Notes: generated by a model from the sequence alone, not told the origin. A DNA stretch of 64,000 bases from Candidatus Heimdallarchaeum endolithica (GCA_021513715.1 CP084167.1:1120001-1184000); one strand, 5' to 3'. Counted from the first letter of the stretch, positions 41,958 through 52,769 are shown. Program-made: numbers and translations.

Positions 41958-42154
41958 AAAAAAAGATTAAGGATTGTTTTAAGTTCTTTTTTATTTTAGC
42001 TAAAAAGAGTTCAGAAATTTATCAATAGAATTTAAAAAAGAAAGATTACTTATTAATCTTTGAATTTTCAACCTTTTCAGTAAAGTAAGGTCTTTTAATA
42101 AAAGTTATTTATTGCTAATTTTGTGTATATCTGAACAAAAATTAGTGGATTCTA

Positions 42155-43516
42155 ATGAATGTTTCTAGTGTGGCTAAAGAAAAGCTTATTGAAGAATTAG
42201 TCAAAACTTATGGTAAAAATCTTATTGCAATTTATTCATTTAAAAGAGAGATAAGTAGGTTTAATACTATTTTAAAGGATAAAGAAGGATTAGTTTTAAT
42301 ATTTGATGATAAGGTAAAAACTAGAGAATTAAGAAAGATAGATAGTATCTACGATAAGATACAAGATCAGTTTGGTTGGCCTGACGGAGTAAAAATAGCT
42401 CATTCTTTCTCTCGAGGATATTTAATAAAAGAAACAGATTTATGGAAAATCAATCTTTCTGAACCCAAATACCTTCTTCCTGAAGATATGATTAATCTCA
42501 TTAATACTAAAAAGCTTCTTTATGGGGAAGATGTAATAGAACAAAATCCTCTTCCTTATGAAAAAGAAAAGTTATTATCCTTTCATCTTGGTTTAACACG
42601 CGAAGAAGCAAAAAAAATTGCTCAAAAACATGATAATTTTCTACCTTTAGTTGATCCGTCTATTTGTTGGGCCAGACACAAATTTACAATAAAACATAAA
42701 GTTACTAAAATAATAGAAAAAGAATTTAATAGATTACTAAAAGGAAAAAAACCAAAAAAATTTATTCATATTTATGGTCGATATGGAGGTTCAGGAAAAA
42801 CACAAATAATTTACTCCTTAATTAAAGAATGTAAAAAAAGGAAATTACCATTTATTTATCGTACTGAATTCTGGAAAGATGAAGAAGGAAAATATGTTGA
42901 TAAAGAAGTTGAAGCGAACAAGGCTGAAAATGTTTCTAAATGGATTGCCAACAAATTAAAACTTAACAAAACGATTATTTTTCTAGATGAAGTAGACATT
43001 GACCTAAAATTACTTGATACACTTCTAGATCAACAGTCAAAATCTGAATTAAACTATTTTATAGTTAGTGGTGCAAAAGAGTTACCAGAGTTTCTAAACG
43101 ATTCATTTAATATCTTTGACATAAGCACAAAATATCAGTTTAGTAAAAAAGATTACAGAAAAATATTAAACAAGTTGATCGAACTTTCCAAAATTCCAGA
43201 TAAGATTTTTCCAAATGAAAGTAGAAAAATTATCGTAAATTACTCAAGATTTTGGAATCATTTAAGCTTCAGGAGAAGCCCAGCAGCAGTAATACTAGCA
43301 ACCTCTTTGTCCCTATGTGAAGCTATAAAAAAATATGAAAAGACCAACAAGGAAATTTTAGTTCATCCTCAAATTGCCAGGAAATGGAGCATTTTTGCAA
43401 CGTCTCCTCTTTTCCAACAATATGATGAAACTCATGATGTTCATGCAGAATTTTTTATCTATGATGGAGAAAAATATACGGATATAGACCCCTTTTACAA
43501 CCACTCTGTACCTTAA
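42155..43516 (+). CDS. P-loop ATPase with degenerate nucleotidyltransferase-like N-terminus
   Basis: GRYGGSGKT and IIFLDEVD. Confidence 0.65.
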   Translation: MNVSSVAKEKLIEELVKTYGKNLIAIYSFKREISRFNTILKDKEGLVLIFDDKVKTRELRKIDSIYDKIQDQFGWPDGVKIAHSFSRGYLIKETDLWKINLSEPKYLLPEDMINLINTKKLLYGEDVIEQNPLPYEKEKLLSFHLGLTREEAKKIAQKHDNFLPLVDPSICWARHKFTIKHKVTKIIEKEFNRLLKGKKPKKFIHIYGRYGGSGKTQIIYSLIKECKKRKLPFIYRTEFWKDEEGKYVDKEVEANKAENVSKWIANKLKLNKTIIFLDEVDIDLKLLDTLLDQQSKSELNYFIVSGAKELPEFLNDSFNIFDISTKYQFSKKDYRKILNKLIELSKIPDKIFPNESRKIIVNYSRFWNHLSFRRSPAAVILATSLSLCEAIKKYEKTNKEILVHPQIARKWSIFATSPLFQQYDETHDVHAEFFIYDGEKYTDIDPFYNHSVP

Positions 43517-43743
43517 TTAACCAAAAATATTAACTTATTTTTTTATAAAAGTAGAAAAAAAGAAACGAATTAATATTATTTTTACTGATTATACTTTACA
43601 TAATACTCTCTTTTAGACTTAAAATACAAAGTTATTTGCAAGAACAAGAACTTATATTTCATATGATATTTAATTTTAATTCTTCTTTCTTTTTTTAAGG
43701 TGAAAGAATGTTTAATTAACGAATCATCATTTAGAAATTTAAA

Positions 43744-44757
43744 GGATGTCCAAAAATTAATTTTTATTAATGTGGAGATTTATGTCGGAATTATAACTTA
43801 CTTTCAGATTTTAGACCCCCAAAAAGTAAGAGAATTCATAATCATTAATGAACCTTTCCTTAAGAAACTGGTGAAGAGGAAACGAGAAAAAGTAAGAGAG
43901 GGAGAAAGGGAATAGTAGAGAGATGGGTGATATTAGCAATAGCAATCATTGCGAGAATAGAAGGAATAGCCTAGAGGAAATTAGAAGAAAAAATGTCTTT
44001 ATGCGCTTTTTTGATAGAAGAGGAGTGGATGAAGAAGATTCCTTTTAAATCTATTTTTCATGCAGTATGGAGAGCGACAGAAAATAAAATCCTAGAGCAG
44101 TGGATAATAGATTTAGGGGAGAAATAGTGAAAAAAAAGGGTTGAAAGCTATGGCTGTAGATAGTTCAGGTTTTAAAATTCGTCAAGTTTCTGTTTGGCGT
44201 TTTCTCAAATGTCCAAGAGGGGTACTAAAGAGAACCTCCCAACTAAACTTTTCTGGAACATACACCTTATAGTTGGTTTACCCTCCAGAGCTATAGTCTC
44301 TCTAGCTCATTCTGCTAGTAACACTCACGATGGTAAAGTCTTCGGTTTGCTATGGCAGAAACTTCCTTCTGTACTCTTGAGACCTTTCTTGAGATTCTAT
44401 GGAGACTGTGCCTACTAGACAGAAAATATCGTCGATCTTCTTAGCCAACATTCCTTTTTCCTTGTTATTTATTATTCCCCCAAAAAGTAATGCTCGTTAT
44501 CCCTCTCCTCCTCCCCTCGGGCCAATAGTTCAAGCTCATCGTTTCTACCTTGGTCTGTATAGTCGTAATCATCAACCGGAGTATCGTAGTAGTATTGAAC
44601 ATGTCTTTGGTTTAGTCTCCTCAAACTCTCTCTTCCCCTGATCCTTGATCTCTTACCCTCCACCTTTCTCTCTACTCTTTATAGTTCTCTCCTCTGTTAC
44701 AACTACCTTTTACTCCTTCGTACCGTTTAGTAGTTGAAAAAGAATTTTTGGACATGC
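43744..44757 (+). mobile_element. Decayed IS5-like insertion sequence (transposase pseudogene)
   Basis: TIR GGATGTCCAAAAATT 43744-43758 / AATTTTTGGACATGC 44743-44757; DDE fragments AVDSSGF, HDGK, FYGDCAY, YRSSIEHVFG broken by stops and frameshifts. Confidence 0.85.
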
Positions 44758-44811
44758 TTAATTTACAAAGATAGCGACAATTTTTATAAACAAGTAATAA
44801 AACAAACAGTT

Positions 44812-46230
44812 ATGTCAAATGAAAAAAAAGTTACTTCGCTAGAAACAGAAGTGGAGGTAGAATCTAACACTTCTTGGCTAAATGTTTTCAAATGGAGCAT
44901 GTATGATTTAGCGAATACTATATACAGCATGGTTATTGTTTCACTAATAATCAACCGCTACGTTTTAATCATTGGACAACTTGAAAACGGTCTTAACTAC
45001 CAAAAAGCTAATGCCATCTTTAGTGGTGTTGTTTCTGCGATGCAAATCATAATTGCTTTTAGCATGCCTGTGATGGGAGCTATAAGCGATTCAGCAGGAA
45101 AACGAAAACCATTTGTAGTAGGGTTAACATTTGCAATACTCATATTTGCTAGCCTTTTAGGCTTTTGGCACAATTTAACACTGGTACTGATATTTTATGT
45201 TATTGCTAATATTAGTTATCAATGGAGTCTTGCCTACTATGACGCAATGTTAGCATTTATAGCTGCACCTAAAGATGTTGGTAAAGTTGGAGCTTTTGGT
45301 GTAGCTTTTGGATACTTTGGTACTTTGCTATCTTTACCAGTGATGATTATCTGTGAAAGTATATGGGGAACACCAATAAGTCAATTACCCAAAGTGGCTG
45401 AAATAGCATCCTACAAACCTCCTGTGCAGTTACAGTATGGTTATTATGGATCTCCTTGGCCATTCTTAATTGCTATGGGTATGTTTCTTGTATTTGCAAT
45501 ACCTTTCTTATTTGTTAAAGAAAGGCAGAAAAAAGGTGAAAAACCTCCTACTATGCAGCTGATAAAGCAAGCATTTACGCAACTGAAGACAACATTCAAA
45601 GAAATCAAGACTCACCGAGAGATGTTCATTTTTATTATTGGTTACTTCTTATTCGTCGACGCTGCAAATGTAATAGTTTCATATATGTTTCCAATTGTCA
45701 GAGACGGATTATTAATGTCCGAGACATTTGGAATGGTATTCATTGTGCTTTCTACAATTTCTGCAGTAATATTTACTTACTTTGTAGGCATGTTTGCAGA
45801 TAAAAAAGGAGCTAAAAGTGCATTTTTCCTGGTGGGTGGACTCTGGATTGCTGCAGTCATAATCGGGTTCATAGGGATAATGTTGTGGTCTCCAGTAGTA
45901 ATTGGAGCAAATTTGCCTTTCATAATGATAATCTTGATGGGAGTATTAGCAGGACCAGCACTAGGAGGAACATGGGTTTGTCAACGAGCTATGATCGCAA
46001 CACTTGCACCTAAAGAGAAGTTTGGAGAATACTTCGGCTTTTCTAAATTCAGCGGAAAACTAAGTTCTGCAGTAGGTCCTTTAATATGGGGCGCTACATT
46101 TTTGATCTTCTATAAATCATGGAACTACAAAACATACGCTTTAGCATTACTGTTAATAGGTATAATGTTAGTAATAGGTTTGGCAATTATCGCTATGGTC
46201 AAACCTAAAAAAGCTGCAAGAAATTACTAG
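44812..46230 (+). CDS. MFS transporter (Atg22/UMF1-like)
   Basis: WSMYDLANT, GAISDSAGKRK, GEYFGF; start trimmed to ATG 44812 outside the IS. Confidence 0.9.
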   Translation: MSNEKKVTSLETEVEVESNTSWLNVFKWSMYDLANTIYSMVIVSLIINRYVLIIGQLENGLNYQKANAIFSGVVSAMQIIIAFSMPVMGAISDSAGKRKPFVVGLTFAILIFASLLGFWHNLTLVLIFYVIANISYQWSLAYYDAMLAFIAAPKDVGKVGAFGVAFGYFGTLLSLPVMIICESIWGTPISQLPKVAEIASYKPPVQLQYGYYGSPWPFLIAMGMFLVFAIPFLFVKERQKKGEKPPTMQLIKQAFTQLKTTFKEIKTHREMFIFIIGYFLFVDAANVIVSYMFPIVRDGLLMSETFGMVFIVLSTISAVIFTYFVGMFADKKGAKSAFFLVGGLWIAAVIIGFIGIMLWSPVVIGANLPFIMIILMGVLAGPALGGTWVCQRAMIATLAPKEKFGEYFGFSKFSGKLSSAVGPLIWGATFLIFYKSWNYKTYALALLLIGIMLVIGLAIIAMVKPKKAARNY

Positions 46231-46240
46231 AGGGATTAAA

Positions 46241-46765
46241 ATGAATAAGAAAATAAAAATATTAATTATTGGTTGGTTCATAGGTTTAATAAGCGTTGTA
46301 CCAGTTCTCGCTCTTGAAAGAAATCTATTTAACAATACAGAAACCATGCCTCAAAACAGTTACTACGGTTTAAGACTTGTAGTAGAAAAAGACAATACCT
46401 ATTATCTTAAGGTAAATAGCACACAAAACATCGATTTGTTAATTCTAGATGAAGACAATTTCTTAAATTACAATTCTACATTCTATAGTGAACCAAAAAC
46501 ATATACTACAGAACACCTTTATACAAATACTTCTCAAGTGGAACTTAATATCACGAAGACAGAAGATGTAATTCGCTACATCGTAGTAGAAAATGCAAAC
46601 CTTACACTTAATGGTGCCATCTCAACGGGAGAAATCGATGTAACAATTTCACTTAGTTTAATTCTTACTTCGAAAGTACCAGGTTACACAATAGCTATTA
46701 CTCTATCAGGATTGATACTAGTTAGTGGATTACTTACTCTCAGAAAAAGGAGAAAATCTATTTAA
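46241..46765 (+). CDS. Surface protein with PGF-CTERM-like anchor
   Basis: Signal peptide; VPGY + TM + RKRRK. Confidence 0.75.
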   Translation: MNKKIKILIIGWFIGLISVVPVLALERNLFNNTETMPQNSYYGLRLVVEKDNTYYLKVNSTQNIDLLILDEDNFLNYNSTFYSEPKTYTTEHLYTNTSQVELNITKTEDVIRYIVVENANLTLNGAISTGEIDVTISLSLILTSKVPGYTIAITLSGLILVSGLLTLRKRRKSI

Positions 46766-46930
46766 TTAAGCACTCTTTTCCTTTTTTTTTCTTCTATATT
46801 AATTTTAACATCTGCTTTTTAGAAATAAATAAAATTGATCTTTTTTATTTAAATTTTAATTTATCGTCTTAGAGCAAAGCTTATATGTAGATTTTCTACA
46901 TATTGATTAACAACATAATCAGGTGAGTTT

Positions 46931-47410
46931 ATGGCAAATTGGGTAGTTATAGGAATAGTATCAGCATTACACGATCTATTTACAGCTATGTGGATAGGTG
47001 GAATGTTGGCTTTACTGCTTGCAGTTTTACCAGCTGTAAGAATAACAATAGAAAAAGAACAAGAAAGGAAGAAATTATTAGAAAATATAAAGAAGAAGCT
47101 AAGTATAACTACATACGTTAGCATTATTGGGCTAGCTATAACTGGTTTACTGCTAGGAAAAGCTTCTTCAAATTTCGAAGGTTTAATGAGTTTTAGTACA
47201 AATTATGGAACAATGCTATCAATAAAGCATATAATTGTAATATTTATGGTAATAATAGCATTATTTAGGAGTATATTTATTAAGAAAATCGCTTTTAAAA
47301 ATAAAAAAGTTGCAGAGAAACTTAATTTCATTCTCTTAGTTGTAAATATTGTTTTTGGAATAACTATTCTCATTTTAAGTGGTTTAATTGCGAGAATGCC
47401 AGGAAGTTAG
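46931..47410 (+). CDS. CopD-like membrane protein
   Basis: LHDLFTAMWIGG, ITGL, YG..L.IKH. Confidence 0.75.
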   Translation: MANWVVIGIVSALHDLFTAMWIGGMLALLLAVLPAVRITIEKEQERKKLLENIKKKLSITTYVSIIGLAITGLLLGKASSNFEGLMSFSTNYGTMLSIKHIIVIFMVIIALFRSIFIKKIAFKNKKVAEKLNFILLVVNIVFGITILILSGLIARMPGS

Positions 47411-47469
47411 TCAACCACAAAATTCTTTTTTACCTTTTTTATTTTACAAACAATATTGAGTTGTAAGGA

Positions 47470-47853
47470 ATGAAAGAAAAATACACAGAAAAAGATGAAA
47501 ATAACTCCTTATTATCCAAGTTTAAAACTATTGAAAGTTTACCCATCACAAGAACACTTATTCTTATCTGTTTACAAAAACAACCAAATTCATCAGGTTA
47601 TTCATTAATTAAGAGTATTAGAAATTTGACAAATGATCTTGTGAAATTGAAATCTGGAACTTTATATCCTGAATTAAGGAAATTAGAGAATGAAGGACTG
47701 GTTATTTCTGTTTTAACAGAGGATAAAAGAAAAACAAGATTATACCAAATTACTGATGAAGGAAAGAAAAAATTAGACGAACTAATAAACCTTATAGAAT
47801 TAAGAATTAATAATGTTTTACAACCGATTATTAATGAATATAAGAAAAACTAA
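47470..47853 (+). CDS. PadR-family regulator
   Basis: SGY, GTLYPELRKLENEGL, YQITDEG. Confidence 0.9.
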   Translation: MKEKYTEKDENNSLLSKFKTIESLPITRTLILICLQKQPNSSGYSLIKSIRNLTNDLVKLKSGTLYPELRKLENEGLVISVLTEDKRKTRLYQITDEGKKKLDELINLIELRINNVLQPIINEYKKN

Positions 47854-47855
47854 TT

Positions 47856-48161
47856 TTATTCTAAAGCTTTTACTTTATCTTCCATTATTCTAGGTTTATC
47901 TTTTCTATCATCTATTTTTAATGTTGTTACTACTCTTTTACAGCCCACTTTAAACAGAGATTCGTGTGCCTTTTTTGTTACTTTTAGAATTGTGTCTATG
48001 TCATCAGCTTCGATATTTGTCCCCATAGAATGATGTTCTACCCTTATGTTAGGAAATGATTCAATTACATTTACTGCTTCTTGAACATATTTTGAAAGGC
48101 TTACTCCTTCACCAACTGGAGAAATTACAAGTTCTGCAATGACCTTCATTTTTCTTTTCAT
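47856..48161 (-). CDS. MTH1187-family thiamine-binding protein
   Basis: SLSKYV, MGTNIE, RVVTTLKIDDR. Confidence 0.9.
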   Translation of the reverse strand: MKRKMKVIAELVISPVGEGVSLSKYVQEAVNVIESFPNIRVEHHSMGTNIEADDIDTILKVTKKAHESLFKVGCKRVVTTLKIDDRKDKPRIMEDKVKALE

Positions 48162-48272
48162 ATTTCAAAGCTATACTTCAATTTTATTTATCTTTCTTTT
48201 TCTCTCTTTTTCTATCTCTTTTCCAATAGACTTATATAATAGCTAAAAATTCGTAACACGAATTAAAAAAAG

Positions 48273-49277
48273 GTGTTACTCGTGCACATGCCAGATGGAA
48301 TCTTACCATTAGGACAAGCGATTGTCTATTTAGTAATAGCTGTTATCATGATACTAGTTGCCATATGGCAAAGTAGATCAAGATTAACTATGAAACAAAT
48401 TCCTCTTATAGGAGTTTTAGCTGCAGGATTATTTGCTGCTCAGATGTTTAACTTTCCTGTTCCCTTCGGTTCAAGTGGGCACTTAATAGGAACAGCTTTA
48501 GCTACAACTTTAGTAGGCCCCTGGGTTGCTATGCTCATCATTTCTTCAATACTCATTGTTCAAGCGATGTTTGGTGATGGAGGTTTCTTAGCTTACGGAG
48601 CTAATGTTATTAACATGGCCATAATTGGAGCTCTTACTACTTATGCAATTTACTATTTCCTTCCAAAAAAATGGAAAGAAGATAGGAAAAAACTAGCAAT
48701 TGCTTCAGGTTTCGCTGCATTCTTTTCTACAATATTTATGGCCTTTTTTGCATCAATTGAACTTACTCTTGCTCAAAGTGCTGCAGCAGGTCTTATATTC
48801 TCTTGGATGTTAATCTTACATTCGATAATCGGTGTAGCAGAGGGTTTAATTACTTTTGCAATAGTATTCTTTGTATTTAGAGCAGAGCCAAGTTTATTTG
48901 AAGATGCAAAGAGTGCTTTATTCTTCACTAAAAAAGCTGACTTTGAAACTGAACCCAAATTTAGGATACCTATTTGGGCTGGAATTGCCACTTTTGCTTC
49001 TTTTGCTGTCATGTCTATTTTTGGAATAGTAGCTAGTAGTAATCCTGATGGACTTGAAAAAACTTTTGAAGTTCTTGCAGATAACGGAATAGATGTTACT
49101 GTTCTTGAATCAGGAATATTCGGTTTTCCTGAAGGATTAGGATGGGATATTCTTTCCATGGCAATTGTAATGATTATACTCTTCTTCGTACTAATTGGTT
49201 TCAGTTATTTACTCTACAGATTTCGACTCTATAAGTTCAAGAAGGGAAAACAAACAGTTCAAGAGAACAGTGAATAA
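48273..49277 (+). CDS. cbiM: ECF Co/Ni transporter substrate component CbiM/NikM fused to a PDGLE domain
   Basis: HMPDG, FAAQMFNFP, SGHLIG, GDGG, PDGLE. Confidence 0.9.
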   Translation: MLLVHMPDGILPLGQAIVYLVIAVIMILVAIWQSRSRLTMKQIPLIGVLAAGLFAAQMFNFPVPFGSSGHLIGTALATTLVGPWVAMLIISSILIVQAMFGDGGFLAYGANVINMAIIGALTTYAIYYFLPKKWKEDRKKLAIASGFAAFFSTIFMAFFASIELTLAQSAAAGLIFSWMLILHSIIGVAEGLITFAIVFFVFRAEPSLFEDAKSALFFTKKADFETEPKFRIPIWAGIATFASFAVMSIFGIVASSNPDGLEKTFEVLADNGIDVTVLESGIFGFPEGLGWDILSMAIVMIILFFVLIGFSYLLYRFRLYKFKKGKQTVQENSE

Positions 49278-49343
49278 TCTTAAAAAAAGTAAGAGTTAAT
49301 AACTCTTTATTTTTTTCCTTTATAAGTAAAAAGAGAATAAGCA

Positions 49344-50126
49344 ATGAACAATACCAGATTTTTATTTCCATTTAGTGACAAGAAAAAACAGAGAATTTTC
49401 TCTTCTGTTGCACTGCTTATTTTTACCATTTTAGTTATTGTTCTGTTCTTATTAAGTAATAATTTATTTAACATCCTTATTATTTACTTGAGCACCTTAA
49501 TTTTCTTTTTATCTATCAAAGCTTCATTTTTAAGAACTATAAAGCTCATAGTTCCTGCTTCAGTTCTAATTTTCTTTTTGGGTATTCCTGCATTATTCTT
49601 AAAACTCGGAGAAATTATTTATTCTAATTCTTTTATAGGCATTAACTTTGAGATTTTTTCTGGTGGGTTAAACAGGGCTTTATTTATTTGGGTCAGAGGT
49701 ATTTTCTCTGTCTCTGTAATTACCCTTTATACAACTTGTGTAACTATGCAAGAATTTATTCAAAGTCTCCGTAGTCTTTTTTTTCCAAATGTTATTGTTA
49801 CTATCATTTTACTTATGTTACGTTATACTCCTCTTTTAGTTGAAGAAGGAGAAAACATTCGTATTGCTCAAAAAATGAGAGGATTAGATTCTGCATCTAG
49901 AAAAAGGAAATTTCAAGCTGCAGCTGCTTTGATGGGGGGAATTCTTATAAAATCCATTAAACATGGTACAGAGGTCTATGAAGCAATGGTTCTTCGAGGT
50001 TTAGAAGACAATTTGCTTATAAAGAGAGAAAAAATAACGATTTCAGATTTTCTTTTTCTTATTTTCATTACTCCTTTGTTTTGCCTAGTATCAGGAGGTA
50101 TTATACAAATATGCATCATGAAATAG
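49344..50126 (+). CDS. cbiQ: ECF transmembrane component CbiQ
   Basis: RY.P, AQKMRG, AMVLRG. Confidence 0.88.
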   Translation: MNNTRFLFPFSDKKKQRIFSSVALLIFTILVIVLFLLSNNLFNILIIYLSTLIFFLSIKASFLRTIKLIVPASVLIFFLGIPALFLKLGEIIYSNSFIGINFEIFSGGLNRALFIWVRGIFSVSVITLYTTCVTMQEFIQSLRSLFFPNVIVTIILLMLRYTPLLVEEGENIRIAQKMRGLDSASRKRKFQAAAALMGGILIKSIKHGTEVYEAMVLRGLEDNLLIKREKITISDFLFLIFITPLFCLVSGGIIQICIMK

Positions 50127-50830
50127 TATTTGACAATGTTTTTTTTGAATATCCGGACAAATCTTTTGCGTTAAAGAATCTTTCTTTTACAATTAATATT
50201 GGTGAAAAATTCGCTATTTGTGGGAACAATGGCGCTGGTAAAACCACCCTATTAAGATTACTTCTTGGACTTGAATTTCATCAGAAGGGAAAAATAAAAG
50301 TCCAAGAACTTGAGTTGAATAGAGATACAGTTAGAGAAATTAGAAAGAGAATAGGATTTGTATTTCAAAATCCTGATTCACAAGTTTTTTCTGCAAGTGT
50401 ATATGAAGATGTAGCTTTTGGTCCTAGAAACTTGGGTTTTTCTGAAGAAGAAGTAGAAGAGAAAGTAGAAAGAGCTTTAGAAATTGTTGATTTATCTGAA
50501 TACAAAGAACATTCTCCTTTTAGGCTCTCTTTTGGGCAAAGGAAAAGGGTAGCTATTGCAGGCGTTTTAGTAATGGATCCTGCAATAATAATTTTAGATG
50601 AACCTTTTGCCAATATTGATTATCCAACTAGAAGGTCTTTGCAAAGGATTTTAGAAAAAGATGTAATTGAAAAAGGAAAAACATTAATTTTCACTAGTCA
50701 TTCTAGATTATTAATTGAAAATTGGTCTGATAATGTTTTATTTCTAAATAAGGGTGTGAAGTTATTCGTTGGTTCATCCTCTAAATTATCAGATTTTCCA
50801 GAAACAGAAAAATTTCTAGGTAAATTCTAA
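50108..50830 (+). CDS. cbiO: ECF ATPase CbiO
   Basis: GNNGAGKTT, FQNPDSQ, LSFGQRKR; start approximate. Confidence 0.9.
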   Translation, partial: NMHHEIVFDNVFFEYPDKSFALKNLSFTINIGEKFAICGNNGAGKTTLLRLLLGLEFHQKGKIKVQELELNRDTVREIRKRIGFVFQNPDSQVFSASVYEDVAFGPRNLGFSEEEVEEKVERALEIVDLSEYKEHSPFRLSFGQRKRVAIAGVLVMDPAIIILDEPFANIDYPTRRSLQRILEKDVIEKGKTLIFTSHSRLLIENWSDNVLFLNKGVKLFVGSSSKLSDFPETEKFLGKF

Positions 50831-50873
50831 AAGATAAAACAAAATAGAAAAGAAAAAGAAATGGAAATTTTTC

Positions 50874-51110
50874 TTAATCGTCATAAACTATCAAATCTGC
50901 TATTTCTGGATATTTTTTTGGAGTTGTTTCTAGGTTTCTATAGATCCAAAGAGCATAAGTCCTATACATTAGATGAGCAAGTTTTGAAAATGGAGCGAAA
51001 ATAATCATTTCTACAACAAAAATTACATATGATTTGACTTTACTAAGATCTACTTCAGTTATTATTATCACTTCGTTTTCTTGTTTACTCAAAAAAAAGA
51101 TTAGACACAA
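50874..51110 (-). pseudogene. C-terminal remnant of a QmoC/HdrE-like membrane subunit
   Basis: APFSKLAHLMYRTYAL motif with no intact upstream gene. Confidence 0.45.
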
Positions 51111-51213
51111 GAGTTTTTTTGCTTTTTATCATTTATTAAATAAAACAATTAATTATTTTATAAAATAAATCAGTAATAAAATGTGAAGAATAGTTTTTTA
51201 ATAGAGTACAGTA

Positions 51214-51636
51214 TCATTTTTTATATTTCTTCTTAACTTCTTGGAATTTTTCTTCACATTTTTCTTTTGTCAAATTATCCATTGCATTAGTCATATTTTC
51301 AATGATTGAATTCAGAGTGTTTTTTACAAAATTTCTTAATTCTTCCATTGGGAGACTACTATAAAGGAATTGATATCCTCCTTTTTCTAGATTTTCTTTT
51401 TCTTTTCGTACAACACCAATACCCATCAGTCTAGAAATTGATCTGGATATGGTGGCTCTATCCTTGGGTAGTATCTCAGTAATTCTAGCAATACTCACAA
51501 GCTGTAAGTGATTAATACAAGCTAAAACATCTATTTCATTATCTGTTAGAGCAAAAAGATTCTTTATTACATCAAAGCAAGTTATATCTTTTGATAACAA
51601 CGAATTAAGTGAGAGAGACATTATTTTCCACTTCAT
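51214..51636 (-). CDS. TrmB/MarR-like HTH regulator
   Basis: KDRATISRSISRL..G...GGYQFLY. Confidence 0.8.
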   Translation of the reverse strand: MKWKIMSLSLNSLLSKDITCFDVIKNLFALTDNEIDVLACINHLQLVSIARITEILPKDRATISRSISRLMGIGVVRKEKENLEKGGYQFLYSSLPMEELRNFVKNTLNSIIENMTNAMDNLTKEKCEEKFQEVKKKYKK

Positions 51637-52022
51637 TAGAATGATATTGTTGAGCTAGCTTCAAGCGACTCTTTTACTAAAGTCATAGCCCCTACAATTC
51701 CATCTATTTCTTCTATAAAATCATTTTTATTAAGTTTATTCCATTCTAGAACAGGAGTGCAAACATATATTTGTACACCTGCTTCTTTAGCCTCTCTAAT
51801 TGTTTCTATCAGTGGTTGTCTTCCTTCTTGGTGAACTAGATTTTCAGCTACTCCCTTCTTTAGTAACAATCTTGCTTTAGCAGTATAAAACATTTTAACT
51901 TCAGCGTCTAGTAGAGCAGCCATAGTTGCAATGTGAAGAGGAGGTTCCAAAGTTTCTTTACTTTCTTCTCTCTTAGTAACAATAATAATCATTTTCTTCT
52001 TTTGTTCAGACATTCTTATCAC
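51636..52022 (-). CDS. DsrE-family protein
   Basis: AKEAGVQIYVC, GIVGA. Confidence 0.85.
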   Translation of the reverse strand: MIRMSEQKKKMIIIVTKREESKETLEPPLHIATMAALLDAEVKMFYTAKARLLLKKGVAENLVHQEGRQPLIETIREAKEAGVQIYVCTPVLEWNKLNKNDFIEEIDGIVGAMTLVKESLEASSTISF

Positions 52023-52027
52023 TTAAG

Positions 52028-52501
52028 TTAAATATACAGAGTAATATCAGCTTCTGATGCAAATTGTAGGAATGTTGCAGCTCCTCCGACTTCTATTTCA
52101 TCAATCAATTCTTCTTTTTTAACTTTCATTACATCCATTGTCATTTGGCAAGCGATCATTTTCACTCCAGCTTCTATAGACAGTTCTCTTAACTCTTCTA
52201 AAGAAACAACATTTGCTTTTTTCATCCAATTTTTCATCATTGTAGTTGCTATGTCAGTCATTCCAGGTATTATTCCTACAATCTGTGGAATGGGTTTAGG
52301 CATTGCTGTTTCTCCTACTGGAGTAATTTTTACCTTCTTCAATCCCTTTTTCTTAAGTAAATTAAGCCCAAAGAAAGTGAAGAATATTGATACTTCATAA
52401 TCCATTGCAGCAGCTGTAGAAGCTAGAATAAATGGAGGATAGGCATCAGCTAAATTAGCTTTAGAAGCAATTATAGCTATTTTTTTCTTTTTTTCACTCA
52501 T
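52028..52501 (-). CDS. DsrE/DsrF-like (DsrE2-type) sulfur carrier
   Basis: PPFILASTAAAM, FFTFFGL, ACQMTMD, GAATFL; GGTGA RBS 52507-52511. Confidence 0.9.
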   Translation of the reverse strand: MSEKKKKIAIIASKANLADAYPPFILASTAAAMDYEVSIFFTFFGLNLLKKKGLKKVKITPVGETAMPKPIPQIVGIIPGMTDIATTMMKNWMKKANVVSLEELRELSIEAGVKMIACQMTMDVMKVKKEELIDEIEVGGAATFLQFASEADITLYI

Positions 52502-52513
52502 TTTTTTCACCTG

Positions 52514-52753
52514 TTATTTTGTTTTTTTGATTAAATAGCGGAAAATACCATTTTCTTCTGTAGATTCCACTAGTTCATGTCCAGTTGATTCGATCCATGC
52601 TTGAAAATCATTTACTGAGCCTGGATCAGTAGCTATAACTTTAATATTTTCACTAATTTTAATTTCATTTATCGCCTTTTTTGTTTTTAAAATTGGTAAA
52701 GGACAATTAAGTCCTTTTACATCTAATGTTGTTGTGACTTTATTTTCACTCAT
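52514..52753 (-). CDS. tusA: TusA-family sulfurtransferase
   Basis: LDVKGLNCPLP, TDPGS; GGTGA RBS 52759-52763. Confidence 0.92.
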   Translation of the reverse strand: MSENKVTTTLDVKGLNCPLPILKTKKAINEIKISENIKVIATDPGSVNDFQAWIESTGHELVESTEENGIFRYLIKKTK

Positions 52754-52769
52754 TTTTTTCACCTAAATT

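Noticed and set aside
43700-44811. ORFs 43700, 44194, 44399, 44472 and the 26-aa extension of ORF 44734 as independent genes
   Set aside because: Fragments of, or read-through from, the decayed IS5-like element
52495-52765. Repeated CACTCATTTTTTTCACCT as an operator
   Set aside because: It is the GGTGA ribosome-binding site plus spacer and ATGAGTG start shared by two adjacent genes
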